DNA of 64,000 nt, taken from positions 2,406,106-2,470,105 of the forward strand of contig NW_002060950.1 of NCBI RefSeq assembly GCF_000150275.1, read 5' to 3'. The first letter of the stretch is position 1; each line of letters opens with the position of its first letter. Under the pieces are notes generated by a model. The model did not search any database, was not told the origin of the DNA, and saw only the letters and a program-made list of their open reading frames with translations. The DNA is from Trichoplax adhaerens (lineage: Eukaryota; Animalia; Placozoa). The translations under genes were made by a program, and so were the position numbers. This document shows positions 15,404-41,033 of the stretch, piece after piece.

Positions 15404-17234
15404 TTAATTGATGGGGTATCAATTTTAAGCTGGTAGCTAAAATATCGATTTAAATTAATAATAAAAGTAGTGGTAAAGATTGTGTCGAAATTATCATTTC
15501 TTTTAACTCAACATTCCAGATTTTCGGTACTAAAGCAAATAAAGATTTTATCCATTCAACTAGCTCATAATTTAGATATCCATTGAGAGCAGTTAATTCC
15601 TTCATGTAGCAATAGAGCTGAAAACGAATGCATAGGATACCATGTGTAAAACGATTATAGCAAAGACGAGAGATTTCAAAATAGTATAGGTACTAATGAA
15701 CCCTAGATAATTGCTATGATTCCAATTCTGTTGGCTACACTTTTTCGACACTTATCCATTTACATACCTAATTGATAGAAACATTTTGCTATAAATGAAT
15801 ACTGTATTCGTATGTAAAAGACGATACCATTTCTTTGCTTAAATAATGGTGAATAAAGCAAAATTTCATCTAGTTATCTCATAAAATAATACAATGTTGA
15901 TGCTATATAGTGGTCTAAAATAGTATCCATCAAGTCAAGGGGGTTATTAAGCAGTTATTTGCAAAGAACTAGGTGTAACATCTATGGGGATAATTGAAAA
16001 TCAGTTAGAAAGCTATTGGATACATATTCCTCCGAATCGCTCCAATTTGATCACATAAATTTAAGGATTCCTGAATTGTTTCTGTATAACTATGTAGTAT
16101 AATAGTATCCCATTTCTATGCAGATGCTAATACAGTAAGATTCTATAGATACTTGATATAATGTAATAAAACGGTGTGGAATGGCGGCATTTTTTTTAAC
16201 AGCATGATTCATCCTGCTGTTATATTCAGGTCTACAGTAAATGTAAATGTCAAGCATAGCAAATATAGAATTGAGAATCGAAATCAGATAAAGTTTAATT
16301 CTACCAACGTTGTTAAAGTTAGCATTAGCAAAAGGTCAGTATTACCACATTTCTGTTTGATATACGATACAAGCATGCTGTATTATCACTAAACTTATAT
16401 TATACATCTAGATTATTTGAGATACTCATTTTATCAAGTTTTGATTTGTATTTACTGTTGTTGTACTCTTAGTAATAATTAGTTGAACAATATAAATTGA
16501 ACTAGCCGAATAAGATGGTGTTAAAATTCTTGATCCAATTAGCACACTCATTATAGGATAGTTGGAGCAGTTAATGTACTTATTGTACTTCATAAAATAC
16601 TGTACGAATATAAGCTTCTAGGATTCTATGCTGCTCAAAAATCAGTTAGTATATAGCATTGGAAGAAGATTTATATCAGAATAAACTGATTGTCGTATAA
16701 TATCGAGGCAACTAATAAAGATGCATTATAAGTAAACCACAGTCTAAGCTTATTTCTCGTTCACGACATATATATGAGGCATCGATGTGATCTTCGTATA
16801 AATGCTTGCCAGCCTTGTTTTTGTACAGCTAGATTAAATGAAATCTTTAGTAAAGCCCGAAAGTATTACATTCGTATATCAATAGTAACATGGTATACAC
16901 TGTTGATATCTTGAATTACGTAGAAATTTATTTATAAGTGTGTCACAACTACACTTATGACACAGAGACCAAACTAATGTACTATCTCTCAGCTATCTTA
17001 CATTTAACGTGACTCTATGTAGTTCTAAAATTGTAAATGAGCTAAGCTCAGAATGAGTACGATCCTTTTAAGTGAAATTTTTATTTTAATAGCGTGGCTT
17101 ACTAATAGATCAAATACAGTAGCTCCCTTTAATTAATAAAGGGTGGACTTATACACTTTCTTAAGCCAATAGGTGCCATCTTTAAATTAATCACTAACAA
17201 AATAAATAGCTTACTATATACCGATTTGTACGTG

Positions 17235-17267
17235 GACGAATGTTGCACTATTCGTGCAACATTCGTC
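17235..17267. repeat. Perfect inverted repeat: 14-bp stem, 5-nt loop
   Basis: gacgaatgttgcac-tattc-gtgcaacattcgtc; the arms are exact reverse complements. Confidence 0.9.
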
Positions 17268-18671
17268 ATCTTAAGTATAACATTATAATTCCTATATTGA
17301 ATAAATTAAACTCATACATTTGTTAAAGGAAATCCATTAACCATCCAACTTAGCACAGTTGTAATCACGATTAACAGCATATACTGTATTTTCGAGTATC
17401 ATAAATAATTATTGACGAAAAAACTAGATAGCAACGTACAAAAAGACTATTCAACTATTTTACAAGGAATCCCTGTTTAGTTAATATAGCAAATACGTAG
17501 TATGGCAGGAATCCTATTTAGTTTACGATAAATATTGCCATCACGAATTTTACGATAATGGCTACAGTTGCAAATCGATCTAATATCATCAATGGAGTAA
17601 ATTGTACCTACAGAATTGTGTTTTAGCTCTCAGTATATTGAATTGACATCATGGAATGATTGATTCACCCACTATATAGTAACAGCAAAGATATTGACGC
17701 TTTTACTGCACTTTCAATTCGCGTACTAAAGGACGTGGCAAGTCTAGACTATCAGTTGAATCATGATCATGCCCTATGTCAAAGATCTTTGGATCAAGTC
17801 CCTCCAGTTTCGATATTCTACAATGCCTTAGAAAAATAGGTGAATATGACAGCTCAAATATTAGCAAAATGAAAGTGCGATGTGATACGCCATCCTAGAT
17901 TCATCTTGTAAAGTATTACGATAAAAATTCAGTCAATTTATTAACAAGTAGTGATATCAGACATAAGTAAATAGATTAAGCGCTCTTATCACTAGATACA
18001 TAACTTATACGAACCATGGAAGGCGATAACCATTAGATAGCAATAAAGCGTAATATATTTACAATATGAAGGGAAATAAGTGATTCTAGTATCGTCATGA
18101 AATTATGTCCATAATTTCATAATCAACACCAGCAATAACTTTACGCCTCAAAGAAAGTCTTTGATAGGAGTTGTCGTCTTGTAACTGAATAACGATGCCA
18201 ATTGGATGATATATTATCATCGTCCTAACTAAAATAATAAATTCTCCGTTCTTGGCTACATGCTACATGCACGTATCATTTCTTCAGCATCATATTTTGT
18301 AGTTTCAAATTTCTATCGGCGTATTCATTCAAGTTACAGCAATGACACAGCGCATTATATATCATTCAGATGCTAAGTGAAATTTTCTTGCAATGCTTTA
18401 CCTATAACTCAATACATCATAACTAAGAGTACACGTATAAAATTGATACATCATTATAACAGTATAAACTGCATCTTGATATTCTGTATAGATACAACGG
18501 TTAGGAAAATATTGATCAACGTATTTGTTATATCAAATGCAACATTGATTACACATTATAAAATGGTACTCAGTTAGTGCTCATTTAGCCGTCTTAAAAG
18601 TTGAAGTAGATTTAGTACTTTACAGTAGTCGATACTATGCTTAACAATTTATAATACTGTACAATGCACTA

Positions 18672-19610
18672 TTACAAGGTATCCTCAGAGCCAACATCGC
18701 CATGCGGTTGTAATCCACGCTCCAACATGGCTTGATTTCTAAGTTTGGTTTCTTCATCTCTGCGCTGTAGTTGTTCTCTTTGAGCATCCAATATGTCTTC
18801 GATGGAGACTTTTTGTAACTGCGTTAAGTCTTTTTTGTCATCCTAGGTAAGATTACAGACAAATGAATTCGTTGTTGGAAGTCAAAGCTACAGTAGATTA
18901 GTACTTGCACATGTTGAAATGACACATGACATAGTTAAGGCACTCCTTGCACTATAAATCTACAATGCAATCTAAATCAAAACAGGCTTTGGCTAGTGGC
19001 GAGCGATGCCAAGGAAGGTCGCTGTTATCAATGCTGTAAGTCAGCAAAGGTTTGGTTTGGTACTAATTTATATAGCAACTTGGTCGAAACAAGCTTATTT
19101 GTTTCACTATTATTAGCAATAAATCTGTAGAGCTCACCATTTCGCCTAAAATGGCGACATTATCGCCTCGTATAACAAATAAGCCTCGAGGGATATCACC
19201 ATACTGTTTACCAACATGAATCCTTTCTATGGTATCTTGAAGGACTAAATTAGCTAATAAATAGAAATTGAAAGCATCATCAACTCCTAATCATTCTATC
19301 AACAACGTCTTATTACTTCAAAACTCATCTCTAGGTACAGCTACTTTTTCTTACCAAATTGGTCAACACTTCTTAAAAAACCGATCAGAGTTCGACCATC
19401 TTTCAAGACTATCATTAACTTTTCTATCATTGAATCCAATTTAGCTTGCAGTTAATTATTAAAACATTAACATAGCACTCTACTACAGCAGTCATCCATG
19501 CTAAGTACTCTGATTGCTCCTCATCGGAGGTCGAACAATAAAGTCAACTTACTATCAATATCCGACATCAAATTAGCAGTATATGCCAAAACACTGTCTA
19601 AATCAGCCAT
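18672..19610 (-). CDS. LSM1: U6 snRNA-associated Sm-like protein LSm1, 4 exons, 137 aa (not in ORF track)
   Basis: Exons 19553-19610, 19355-19423, 19138-19253, 18672-18842 (414 nt, GT-AG). They translate to ...[65 protein letters not shown]..., the LSm1 Sm1/Sm2 signature plus the C-terminal helix. Confidence 0.96.
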
Positions 19611-19619
19611 GTTTATTAC

Positions 19620-21250
19620 GCGATAGCAATAGCAGTAGCTACAGTGATACCTTGACAATTTTCGAAGCGCAACACCTAAGCAAAAGCAATTACTAGAACC
19701 TTAGTATCCACGTCGCATCGACCAAATCTCTCAATTCTACAGGGCAGTTTGGGCTAGTTTTGACCAGATTTCCACTTTTGAGCTTGATGTTCGTGGCGGA
19801 GTGGAAGATAGACGACGATAGCAAGGTTTGGCTGATGTACATGAATGGATCATTTCTTGACAGTGCCAGTACGAGACTACCAGTATGTTTTACGTTATTG
19901 TATAGCCATACTAATTCGACACCTTTGTTGTGCATCCTTGCAATGTCTGTCCGTGTACAGAGTTTACCTTACCTCGATAGGGGATCGCTGTGGTTTTTCT
20001 GGTCATTCTACTATACTGCAGCACTGAAACCGTCGACTGTACTGTACAAAGCCAAATGGTGGGCATCCTGGCAGCCATGATCGACTTTCATCATTCGTTG
20101 TCAGTCTACTGTATGATTACAGAGGTATGGTACAGTTAAAATGACCAGCAAACACAGGGACTGGACATTCTTAGACTGACGCATGGACTGATCGACCATG
20201 ACTCGAAAGTCTCCTTTAGTAGTTACTGCAACCTATGAGAGCTATTTCAACGTCATTTCAAGATAATTTACAGTGTTGTGATACGATCACATCTCTAATA
20301 ATTATAATCAGCCTAATCGATGACCGGTAATTGGCAGGAGAATGGCAGCAATCCATCAAGAAGGCATCCTGGTAGCCTTGAGTCTACTGTATGATTACAG
20401 AGGTATGGTACAGTTAAAATGACCAGCAAACATAGGACTGGACATTCTTAGACTGACGCATGGACTGAATGACCATGACTCGAAAGTCTCTTTTAGTAGT
20501 TACTGCAACGTATGAGAGCTATTTCAACGTCATTTCAAGATAATTTACAGTGTTGTGATACGATTACATCTCTAATAATTATAATCAGCCTAATCGATGA
20601 CCGGTAATTGGCAGGAGAATGGCAGCAATCCATCAAGAAGGCATCCTGGCAGCCTTGATCGACTTTCATCATTCGTCGTTAGTCTACTGTATGATTACAG
20701 AGGTATGGTACAGTTAAAATGACCAGCAAACATAGGACTGGACATTCTTAGACTGACGCATGGACTGAATGACCATGACTCGAAAGTCTCTTTTAGTAGT
20801 TACTGCAACGTATGAGAGCTATTTCAACGTCATTTCAAGATAGTTTACAGTATTATGATACGATTACATCTCTAATAATTATAATCAGTCTAATCAATGA
20901 CCGGTAATTGGCAGGAGAATGGCAGCAATCCATCATCTAGAAGGCTCTTGGAGAACGACGGCTGAGTTACGCTGCCGTAGTAACGATAACAGAAGTATAT
21001 TTAGACTCGCGTCATGGCTCATGTTTTGTACGGTACACTACCAAAAGGCATCCAGGTCGTATGAAAACCTACAGTATGTGGACTGATGCACAGTGTACAG
21101 TGTACAGTACAACGTCGATCAAGTACTGTAGCCAGATCCTGTTTCCACGGTTTCCGTTCGAGCATCGAGCCTGGCTTCTGCGTTGGATGCGCTCATGGAC
21201 TCCGCTGGACTATTCTACCAGTAATAAATAGAGAATTGAATTTAAAACGC
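19620..21250. promoter_or_regulatory. Divergent LSM1/FBXO41 5' region, GC/CpG-richer, with ACAGT/TACTG clusters
   Basis: Lies between head-to-head genes. Contains gactgtactgtacaaa (~20035) and cagtgtacagtgtacagtac (~21091). Promoter role is inferred from position. Confidence 0.55.
20062..20935. repeat. Tandem triplication of a ~300-bp unit
   Basis: Copies start at 20062, 20363 and 20640 (ggcatcctgg...gcagcaatccatca). They are nearly identical; copy 2 lacks a ~23-bp segment near its start. Confidence 0.95.
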
Positions 21251-22504
21251 TGCTAGTAATTGATCATGTCAATAAAGAGACAAAAGTAGAAAGCCTACAC
21301 CGAATCTACAGTAACACCCGACGCTTTATACCAAGGATACCTGCTTTCACGTATACTGAAAGGGATCGATGCAAGCAATAGACAGTTGGAACATGTTTTA
21401 AAGTCTTGCCACTGCTTTCAACGTTATCCATACCATGCACACGAGTAGGTGGCTTGCATAATTTGTGTGTACGAATTGTTTTCGTTGCTTGCTCAATGAA
21501 TAGTCAGAATAATTATTCTCCATCTGCAATCACTGTTTCTAATCTTTAGCCTTCAGTGTGACCAAGCTGTAGAGACGCGTGTATACTGTACAATCCTTGC
21601 TTGAATATGGCTCGACATGAATAAATTCTGCTAGAGCGTACAGAATAAACATTCCACAAAGTCGCTCGCCTACATCAAGAGCTCAAGGCAACTAGCAACC
21701 TCAAAATCCACATCGAATAATTATATCGCACAGCTATTTCCTTCCAAAGAATATTACGGTACGTCAAAGTAGATATAAATTGTATAGTGTACAAGGTTAA
21801 GCATAGAATCTGCCAATCGACACCGTTGATCTATGATTGACATGACTTCGACAGAGCGCTTGATTAAGAGTGAGTCCTTTTTCCGTAGTCACAACGTAAT
21901 AAAGCTTAAGCAATGCAATATTTCATAACTTAGTAATTGAATTGAACGTTAGCTTTGCTGGAGTAAATTAACGAATAATATTTGTGCTTTATTTTGCAGC
22001 AATGGCAACTGTATTCCTTACATTTTAGTTGCATGCTCCATCGTCACGTTTCAATGAGATCATCGCGTCAAATGCCTACAGGATCGATTGATCATAAATG
22101 GCCAATAGCTAACATCATCAGTTTGTCATGAACTAGATTGTAATAATTCTTGGATAATAATTGCTTATAAGCAGACCTGGAAATATTATAAAATTCGGAA
22201 TGTTTGACTAAATTAAGAATTGCAGCGATCGCGATAACATTCATCTTTGAAAGTTTGTAAAGTTTCAAAAATAACTAGTCTTCTTGCCTTCTAAATCCTC
22301 GAAAGAGCATTACTCTCTGGGATTTCACTATCCTTGATACAAAAAACAATTACCTTTTATAATTATTTCCGCAAAATTAATTTCCTATCTATCAGTGTCA
22401 AACCTACTGGCTTTAATTTAAACTCACCTTTATCTCAGTTTTTAAGTTACGATCCACCTATTTTTACATGACTCGTTTATAAGGGCTAACAACATTCATT
22501 TAAA

Positions 22505-25500
22505 ATGTTTAATTGTCCTAAATGTGCTAATGGCCCTCAATTTGACTCTTTGCTGGGGTTAAAATATCATTTAGAAAGTTATCATCCACATGGCTATCCT
22601 TCTTCTCCCCAATATGGTCAAGTTATACCGTCTTCACAGTATACACCCCCGAATAATCATTCTCTACAGCAGACTTCACCTTCAAATCTATTATCATTAT
22701 TTCCAAACTCACCAACATATTACAGTAATGATACAATAAATGGAAATAAGTTTGCTACAAAAGATAGCGTTCAGCAACATCATGACACTGCAATGTATAC
22801 TTCACCTTATCGTAGACATCAAGGTGATGATATAGCAAATGCTTCTAATCTAACTCCAACGTCGTTGCCTACAAGCAAGCAAATTCACTCCTTGCAAGGA
22901 TTTTATCCTCTCCATTTCGCCAGCAGCCCATTTTTAGCATCCAAAATCTCAACTAATCATGCCTCTTCGCGATCCGATTTTAGTTATCGTCAATTCACTC
23001 CTTTAGATGATCATCAATACAAGCTCTCCAATGTCCTCGATAAGAGCATGCAATCTAAACAAGAACTGTTACAGCTACAAAAAGTATTAGACCAACGTAA
23101 TTATCAACTAGTAGAGATGAAAGCTGAACTAAAATTAGCAAAGTTAGAAAAGAATCGACTAGAAAGTGAAAGAAGTTACATGAAGGCAGAAATTGATGCA
23201 AATGAAGCAGTTATTAACAAATTAGAGCACAAGTTAAGCCGGCGAGAAAGGTTTGAATTGTTATAAAAATATAGGCTGACTCACTTTCTGTAATGTTCTG
23301 TGGTCGTTTCATGCATTTTTTTATTTCATAAATTAGAATGATTAGATCATATTCTAATAGTATCTATAAAATTTTTCGGTTATAATCTTCAAGTGATGCT
23401 CATAAGAGGTTTTGCAAACTAACAGAATGTAAAGCCAACCGATATAAATCAATCAATTATTATGATCTGTTTATGAACCAATAAAGTAGCAGTGAAAACG
23501 AAAGCAAGCATATTTACATTTATCGTAGCATCCTACAAAAATGTAGATAGTGCTGCATGTATAACTGTAGAAATACTGTATTATCATTTTATAGCTGCTG
23601 TTATATATGAAATGAACAGCTAAATAACGTCTAGATTTTATCTGCTTGCTTATTAGGGAATTTCAAGAATTGGAGAGAAAGACTACCTTTCGCAACGATG
23701 TGGCTCAAGGAAGAATTGTACCTGAATCAACATACCGATATTCAGCTTCTCCGTCTGTCGGTGGACCAATGCAGCAAACTTTTCAAAGACAGAGTCGTCG
23801 TAGCAGTATTAGAAGTTACAAGCATGATGATATTCAAGTATCCAGCAATAGTGGGGGCAATAATGAAGTTGCTACGCGAAAGATATCCCATGATCAAGGT
23901 TATGCTCCATTGGATGAGTTAGTTCATGCCGCCATGACTAGTAGGAGGCAGTCCAGCGCAAGTAAACAGTATCAAAGTGATGGTGATAGCTCAAGGAGAA
24001 AAACACCTACATCAGATGAGCAAGCACACCCAAATCAGCTCACTATGTCTCTTCCAAGTAGTAATTATGAAATAAATCAGCTAAATGATGATCAATCGAC
24101 AGGCAGTTTAATAATGAGCGAAGTTATGCTTAGAAGAAATATGTCAGCTGGTAGTAAATCAGAATTTGATGGCTATATCGCAAGTCCGCACGGAACTCTT
24201 TCCTTACCTATAGAAGACATTGACGATTTACCTTGCGAACTGGATCCTCAAGCTGAAGTCAATTTGGCGAGCCGCACAGGTTCAACTAGTGAACATGTTA
24301 GTTTAAGACTATCAAGACATAACAGCAATACTGGGAAGTCTCCAAGAGGTAGAATAATTCATAAGATGCGGTAGTCTATTTTTTCCTCCTCCTCTTTCTT
24401 AACTATATAATTATCGTTATTACCCAGTCCTTAACCGGTAGTTCATACTTGAGCTTACGTGTATATCATTTTACTCTTAACAGCTCTGTTTCAATTATTA
24501 CTTGTTAAGTGGTATTTGAATTACTCCGTGTATCTATGATCATGACAATCTTATGTAGCAATCGTCTGTACTAGCTGTCGGACTATAACTTATGTTGTAT
24601 ATATATTTTTAGATTCGTATTTACCAAGGAACATTCACAGGACGCCCAGTAAAGCCTCTAGTATATATCGACATGAATCCAATAGATCAAATCGATCACA
24701 ACGGGTATCATTTAGCAAGACATTTTCCACTAGTCCTAGTTTACAACGGCAAATTTTCCATGGTGACACCATCGGTAAATTACTTGGCCGATTTGGCCAA
24801 GATCAAGTTACATCCTCATTTGTAGCTATATTTTCCTATCTTGGGATTAAGGATAAATTAAAGGTTTCAGAAGTTTGCCGCTTTTGGTGGACAGTTAGTC
24901 GTCATCCCTCTTTATGGTCAAAAATTCACTTAAGAAAAACTCGCGTTTCTTTTGAGGTAATTCTACTAACTTTGCAGTTCTTATTAAAAAATCAAACCGT
25001 ATTTGTTAATATTAAGTACAATTATAATTGGCAAGGTTTAATGAATGAAACCAAACTTACATGCTACAATCTCGTTTCTAATAATACTTAATTGTAATTT
25101 TGATTACTGGCTAATTCTTAGGCATTTGTAGCGATGAGTAATTGGGCAACACAGTTGGAAACTCTAACAGTCGAAGGTTAGACGTTATTATAGATAGTAG
25201 TTTTGCGCTGCTGATAGTGCTGGGATTCTTAAATGCTTGATATACAGTCATATTTCAGTACCCCAAATCTATCTAATTCTATAGCTTTTGCTAAACTGTT
25301 AAAGATACCATGTTTCGATGATATACATGTAGTTTACACCCTTTACTCAAGAATCTTACGGTGTAGCCGGCAGAAATAAAGATGCTTTAATTTCCGAACT
25401 ATACTTATTGCTAGATATTAAGCCTAGACGTCGATTAGTTGATGAAGAAGAAAATGATTACAAAAAAGCTATGACGTACGTATGATTGCAAATATTATGA

Positions 25501-27568
25501 TCGCCTAATTGATCGTCCGTAGTAAAGTCTACTTCGATTGTCATGTAATACTTGAAATTCTTCTCAACACTAATGATTATTTTAATCGCCTTTTGGTTTG
25601 TATTATTGGCTATAAAACTAACCAATAGTCTAATTTTTAGAGGGTCTCTTGAGAAAGGGCTGAGTAAGTTATTAAAAGCTTCACGAGGAAATATAATATC
25701 CATCAAAATTATTAATTGTGGTCATTTAGTGACTTCAAAGTAAGTTTCTTTAAGTTTAATATAATTATAAAATACATACCTTTACTAAGTAGATAGTATT
25801 TCATCTTGTTAATACTTTAGGCCATTAAAAGTCATTGCCTTAATCTGCTCCATTTACTAAATTTTTATTTCTCATTTCTTTCCTGGAATGTTTAAGCATG
25901 TTTAAATTAATGGCGAATTACTGCAAAAAAATAAAATACTTAGCCTATATTTACTGTATGGATGTTCCTGGAAGGGATCTACTATGGACATTTGGCAGTA
26001 CTTGCAAAGATATTATCGATTTAGCTATACTACCCCATCCATCAAGGTAAGCAAACGCTCATATTGTATTCCAAATACTGAAAAATAAGTTACGATAATG
26101 TGTAGTTGAGACTTTATAACGACATTTTGGTATCATCTGATAACCTAATTTATCACGTCCGTAGTGCAAATGCTGAACAATTCAATAATTCATGCCTTCA
26201 TGTTATTGGTAAAAGTTGGCTTCAATTATCTTCGCTCAAGATCGGCAGTCCAACAATATCAGACAGAGGATTGATAGCAATTGGTATTTATAAAATTTTT
26301 GTAGTCACATACGTAATGCGTTCCCAATCATACTTGTAGTATATTCATCGTAGTAATTTGCCCTGGATAGCAAATCATCTGTTTTACCGTAGTCACATGA
26401 GGTTACACCTAATGTGAATACTGAAAATTTTTGTGAAATATTTACATGTACATATAAATTTTGTAAATTCAACTTGGCTTTATTTTATCCATTGTAATTT
26501 AGCTGTCGAATGTAAGAAACTAAAGCATTTACGGTTAGATCGCTCAATGGAACTGTCATCAGAAGTTGCTGAACAAATGTGCAATTTTGGATTAAAGAGT
26601 ATTGAGCAAATTGAATTTACCAATACACCAATTTCTCATGAAGCTATTCGTCATTTTGCAGGTTCGTGAATATATTACATTCTTACTAGTTAAACCATCC
26701 CCGTAAATTTTAAGCTGTGAGAATTGATCAATACCCAAGCTTATGTGGTCCATTATATAACTCAAAATTTTGAATTAATTACCTTATATTCTAGTTCTTA
26801 CAAATATCTCTGTCTAAATTAAACGTACCGTATGTTTCCAGTGATTACATAATTATATACTATTTCTGATAGTGTACATCTACATAAGATCAGCATGTTA
26901 GTAAATAACTCTTAGGTGAAGTTAAAGAATTCAATTATGTAAATTACTTTAAATGTGAATCGTAATGATAATTAATATAAGAGCCATAAAATTAATCATA
27001 CTTTAGCGTATAACCTGGATCAATGACTCTTCTCAAGGCACATTCATGAACTTATTCACTAATCGCTCAAGCTAATAATGCCTGGCAGCATTTAATAACT
27101 TAATAATAGTTAATCCATAAAGCAAGAATTAGTTAATAAGTGTATTAACCGTCAAATATCGCTATTCGTGGTGACGTGTTTTTTTAACCTTGCATTAGAA
27201 AAATGTGGTAAGATTAAAGCGATCTTGATCCAATTATCTATCGAAGACTTCTTCGAAGACATCCACGAAAGTGTCTTTATCGAAGAATATAATAACATTA
27301 TCGATAATCTTTTGGTAAGCAGAATATTTCTAGCTCACATAGCATCAACGTACACATTAACTTAAATTAATCAACAGTAGCTAATTAATACCATTGACTT
27401 ATCACTAATCATGATTCAACAATCCTTTATAGTACTAATTTATCACATTGTAATAGCTAACGATATACTTTGATACCTTTTGCCTAGGTCATGAAACGAG
27501 AATTTATTGACAGTAAACAAATTATTATTAAAGCGGAAAAAGTGCCATTACTTACTCCTTATCAGTAA
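22505..27568 (+). CDS. FBXO41: F-box only protein 41 orthologue (C2H2-like finger, coiled coil, F-box, LRR-like C-terminus), 11 exons, ~873 aa
   Basis: Exons 22505-23250, 23657-24348, 24613-24956, 25122-25176, 25415-25475, 25641-25739, 25897-26046, 26165-26283, 26503-26661, 27199-27314, 27488-27568 splice in frame. N-terminal CPKC..QFDSLLGLKYHLESYH, F-box IFSYL...EVCRFW..VSRHPSLW, and GSLEKGLSKLLKASRGN / FNNSCLHVIGKSW / EVAEQMCNFGLK / TNTPIS match vertebrate FBXO41 as I recall it. Confidence 0.9.
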
Positions 27569-28712
27569 CAAATCTAAGAATGATTGAAAGGACTGTACAA
27601 ATGACATTTAATTAACAAGGATCCAATTCTAAGGATAACCCGTTTCATCTTGCAGCAATTGAGAGAATAAGAAAAATCGTCCTTATTTTGTCATGTGATA
27701 TTAACGTTACGTTGTATAGCAGTAGTTTCTTTTCGTTGATCTCTAAACTGGATTGAAATGATGCGCTCGAGTTGTAAACTCAAAATGTCCTTTAATATAT
27801 TCTGTATCTAAACTCTTGTAATGTAATATTCTGAATTCCTTGTCTTTTGAAGAAACAACTATAGCCACAACTAGAATTGTTGTCCCTTTATATGCATAAA
27901 ATTTTATTACAGCGAGCGAAAAAATTGCAAAATTTCAATGCAAGCTATTACCTACTTTTGTTAATGATAGGTTTATAATTTAAATATTTTCGATAGTTCG
28001 GAAAGCACTGTATATTGTTGCAAATTAGATTAGATTGTCGCTAAAAGCCTTCGAAAGCGAAAATTTGCTTTAAATCGAACTATATCCTTTAAAAATTCTT
28101 TCCAAATGCCGATTTGCTTAATTTAAAGATCTGTATAAATCTAATAATACCTTTACACCCAATAAATAAATAGTGCTAAAGAACGAATAATCTTCGTCCT
28201 TCTTCCTTTGTAACGTTTTCTTGTTGCAGCATTTAAGCCTATTATACTTCTCCTGTGCATGTCGTGTATTTTTTTCTATTCTGTACAATTGCAATTTAAC
28301 ATTATATTCAAACGATAATATAGACTTAATTAAATTGCATTACAATCGTAAAATGCCATGGCGCTGTTCATTGTTCGTTGCAAATAAATTCTTGCATTAC
28401 AAACCTTGATTCATGATATGCCTAAAAATGCTATCCTTTCTAATGCTACAAAAGATAGATTACCTAGATACTATAAAATAACTGGTTATCTCCAAATACT
28501 CTGATATTATAAAATTCTGAATCAATTTCGTTAATTTGTCTCTCGCTCTAGCAAGTTATAAATAGATATCGCAAATAATTGCCATATCAAAGCTAACAAG
28601 CTTTCAAAGTATGTAAATTGCATAATATTTAATATGCAATATAAATAACTGACAATGTGGAACTATCATTCAATTCCCATTCATCAAAGCCAGGTGAGGC
28701 TTCAATTATAAA

Positions 28713-39887
<11,175 letters not shown>

Positions 39888-40965
39888 AATAATGTATCTA
39901 TCCGTGTCAATGTTATACTACTCTTCTGCTTAGGCTTTGAATGTCTAATTGAATGGTACTAATGTGTTGAAAAAAGCAACAACATCGTTGATCGATTGTG
40001 TTTTAAAGGCTGAACATTTTACCGATCCCTTGGATCGATGGTCAATTTGCGTTGGTGAATAGAAGATGATTGTAATTTTATGATGACAAGGATACTATAA
40101 TCAGTCTGGTGAGGACAAGGAAGCGTACAACTTGTTCCACCAAAGTACACGTCTAGAATCCAACGCGTTTATCTTCTATCACTACAATATGAAGAGAAAA
40201 AAAAAGCCAATAAAGCAAAAGTGGTCAATGGACCACCTCGCTATAGCTGACACCAGATGACGACTATGATGTACTGATCGATTTCAAGCATTCTTAATCA
40301 TAAAGTGTCCATTTAGCGTGGAATTGTATGGATACTAGGTTCAAAGTAGCATTGGCAAAGTAGTACAGTAAAAGATCACCTTGACAGTATGGCCCAGCAT
40401 ATTATCCAATAGGTCAATGATGACACGATTTCAACCTTTCAACCATGGACGTTACAACTGGCTGACTGGAGACTTCCCTTGGTGGCTAGGTTGTAACGTT
40501 TCTACGTCTATTGCAGGCTGATTTTGAATTAAAATAGGAAAGTAGGGCTGGATGAAAGAGATCAATGTCTTCTGCAAGAACTACCACAGTATTACTTACT
40601 TATTATGATGATTTTAATATTAATTATTATTGTTATGATGATGATGAATTGTTGAAAGCCCCCTGGCTAGCCAAGCAGCAACTGACGGGGCCCGTTCACT
40701 GTCTACAGTATACTGTACACTGTACAGTACAGTTCGATTCCAACACATGTATGTACTGTACACTGTAGAGTACATACTGTATCTCTACTGCACTACCACT
40801 TTCAGTAACTCTACTGCAATGGACAGCAGTAATGTTCACTCATACGGTCTACACTACTCCAATCTGTCTTACTCCAGTCTACAGAATGACCACAGAGATA
40901 GAAGTAAACATGGATGAGAAAGAAGGATGAAAATGATCAAAAGGGGGGGGGGGGCACTTTTCCAA

Positions 40966-41033
40966 NNNNNNNNNNNNNNNNNNNNNNNNNNNNNNNNNNN
41001 NNNNNNNNNNNNNNNNNNNNNNNNNNNNNNNNN
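40966..41033. other. Assembly gap (68 N), preceded by a 12-G run at 40943-40954
   Basis: Directly visible in the sequence. Confidence 0.99.

Noticed and set aside
19693-20080. Three overlapping ORFs upstream of LSM1
   Set aside because: No recognisable domain; chance ORFs in a GC-richer promoter region.
25821-25860. Alternative acceptor in FBXO41 intron 6
   Set aside because: Leads to an in-frame stop; the acceptor at 25897 restores the conserved reading frame.
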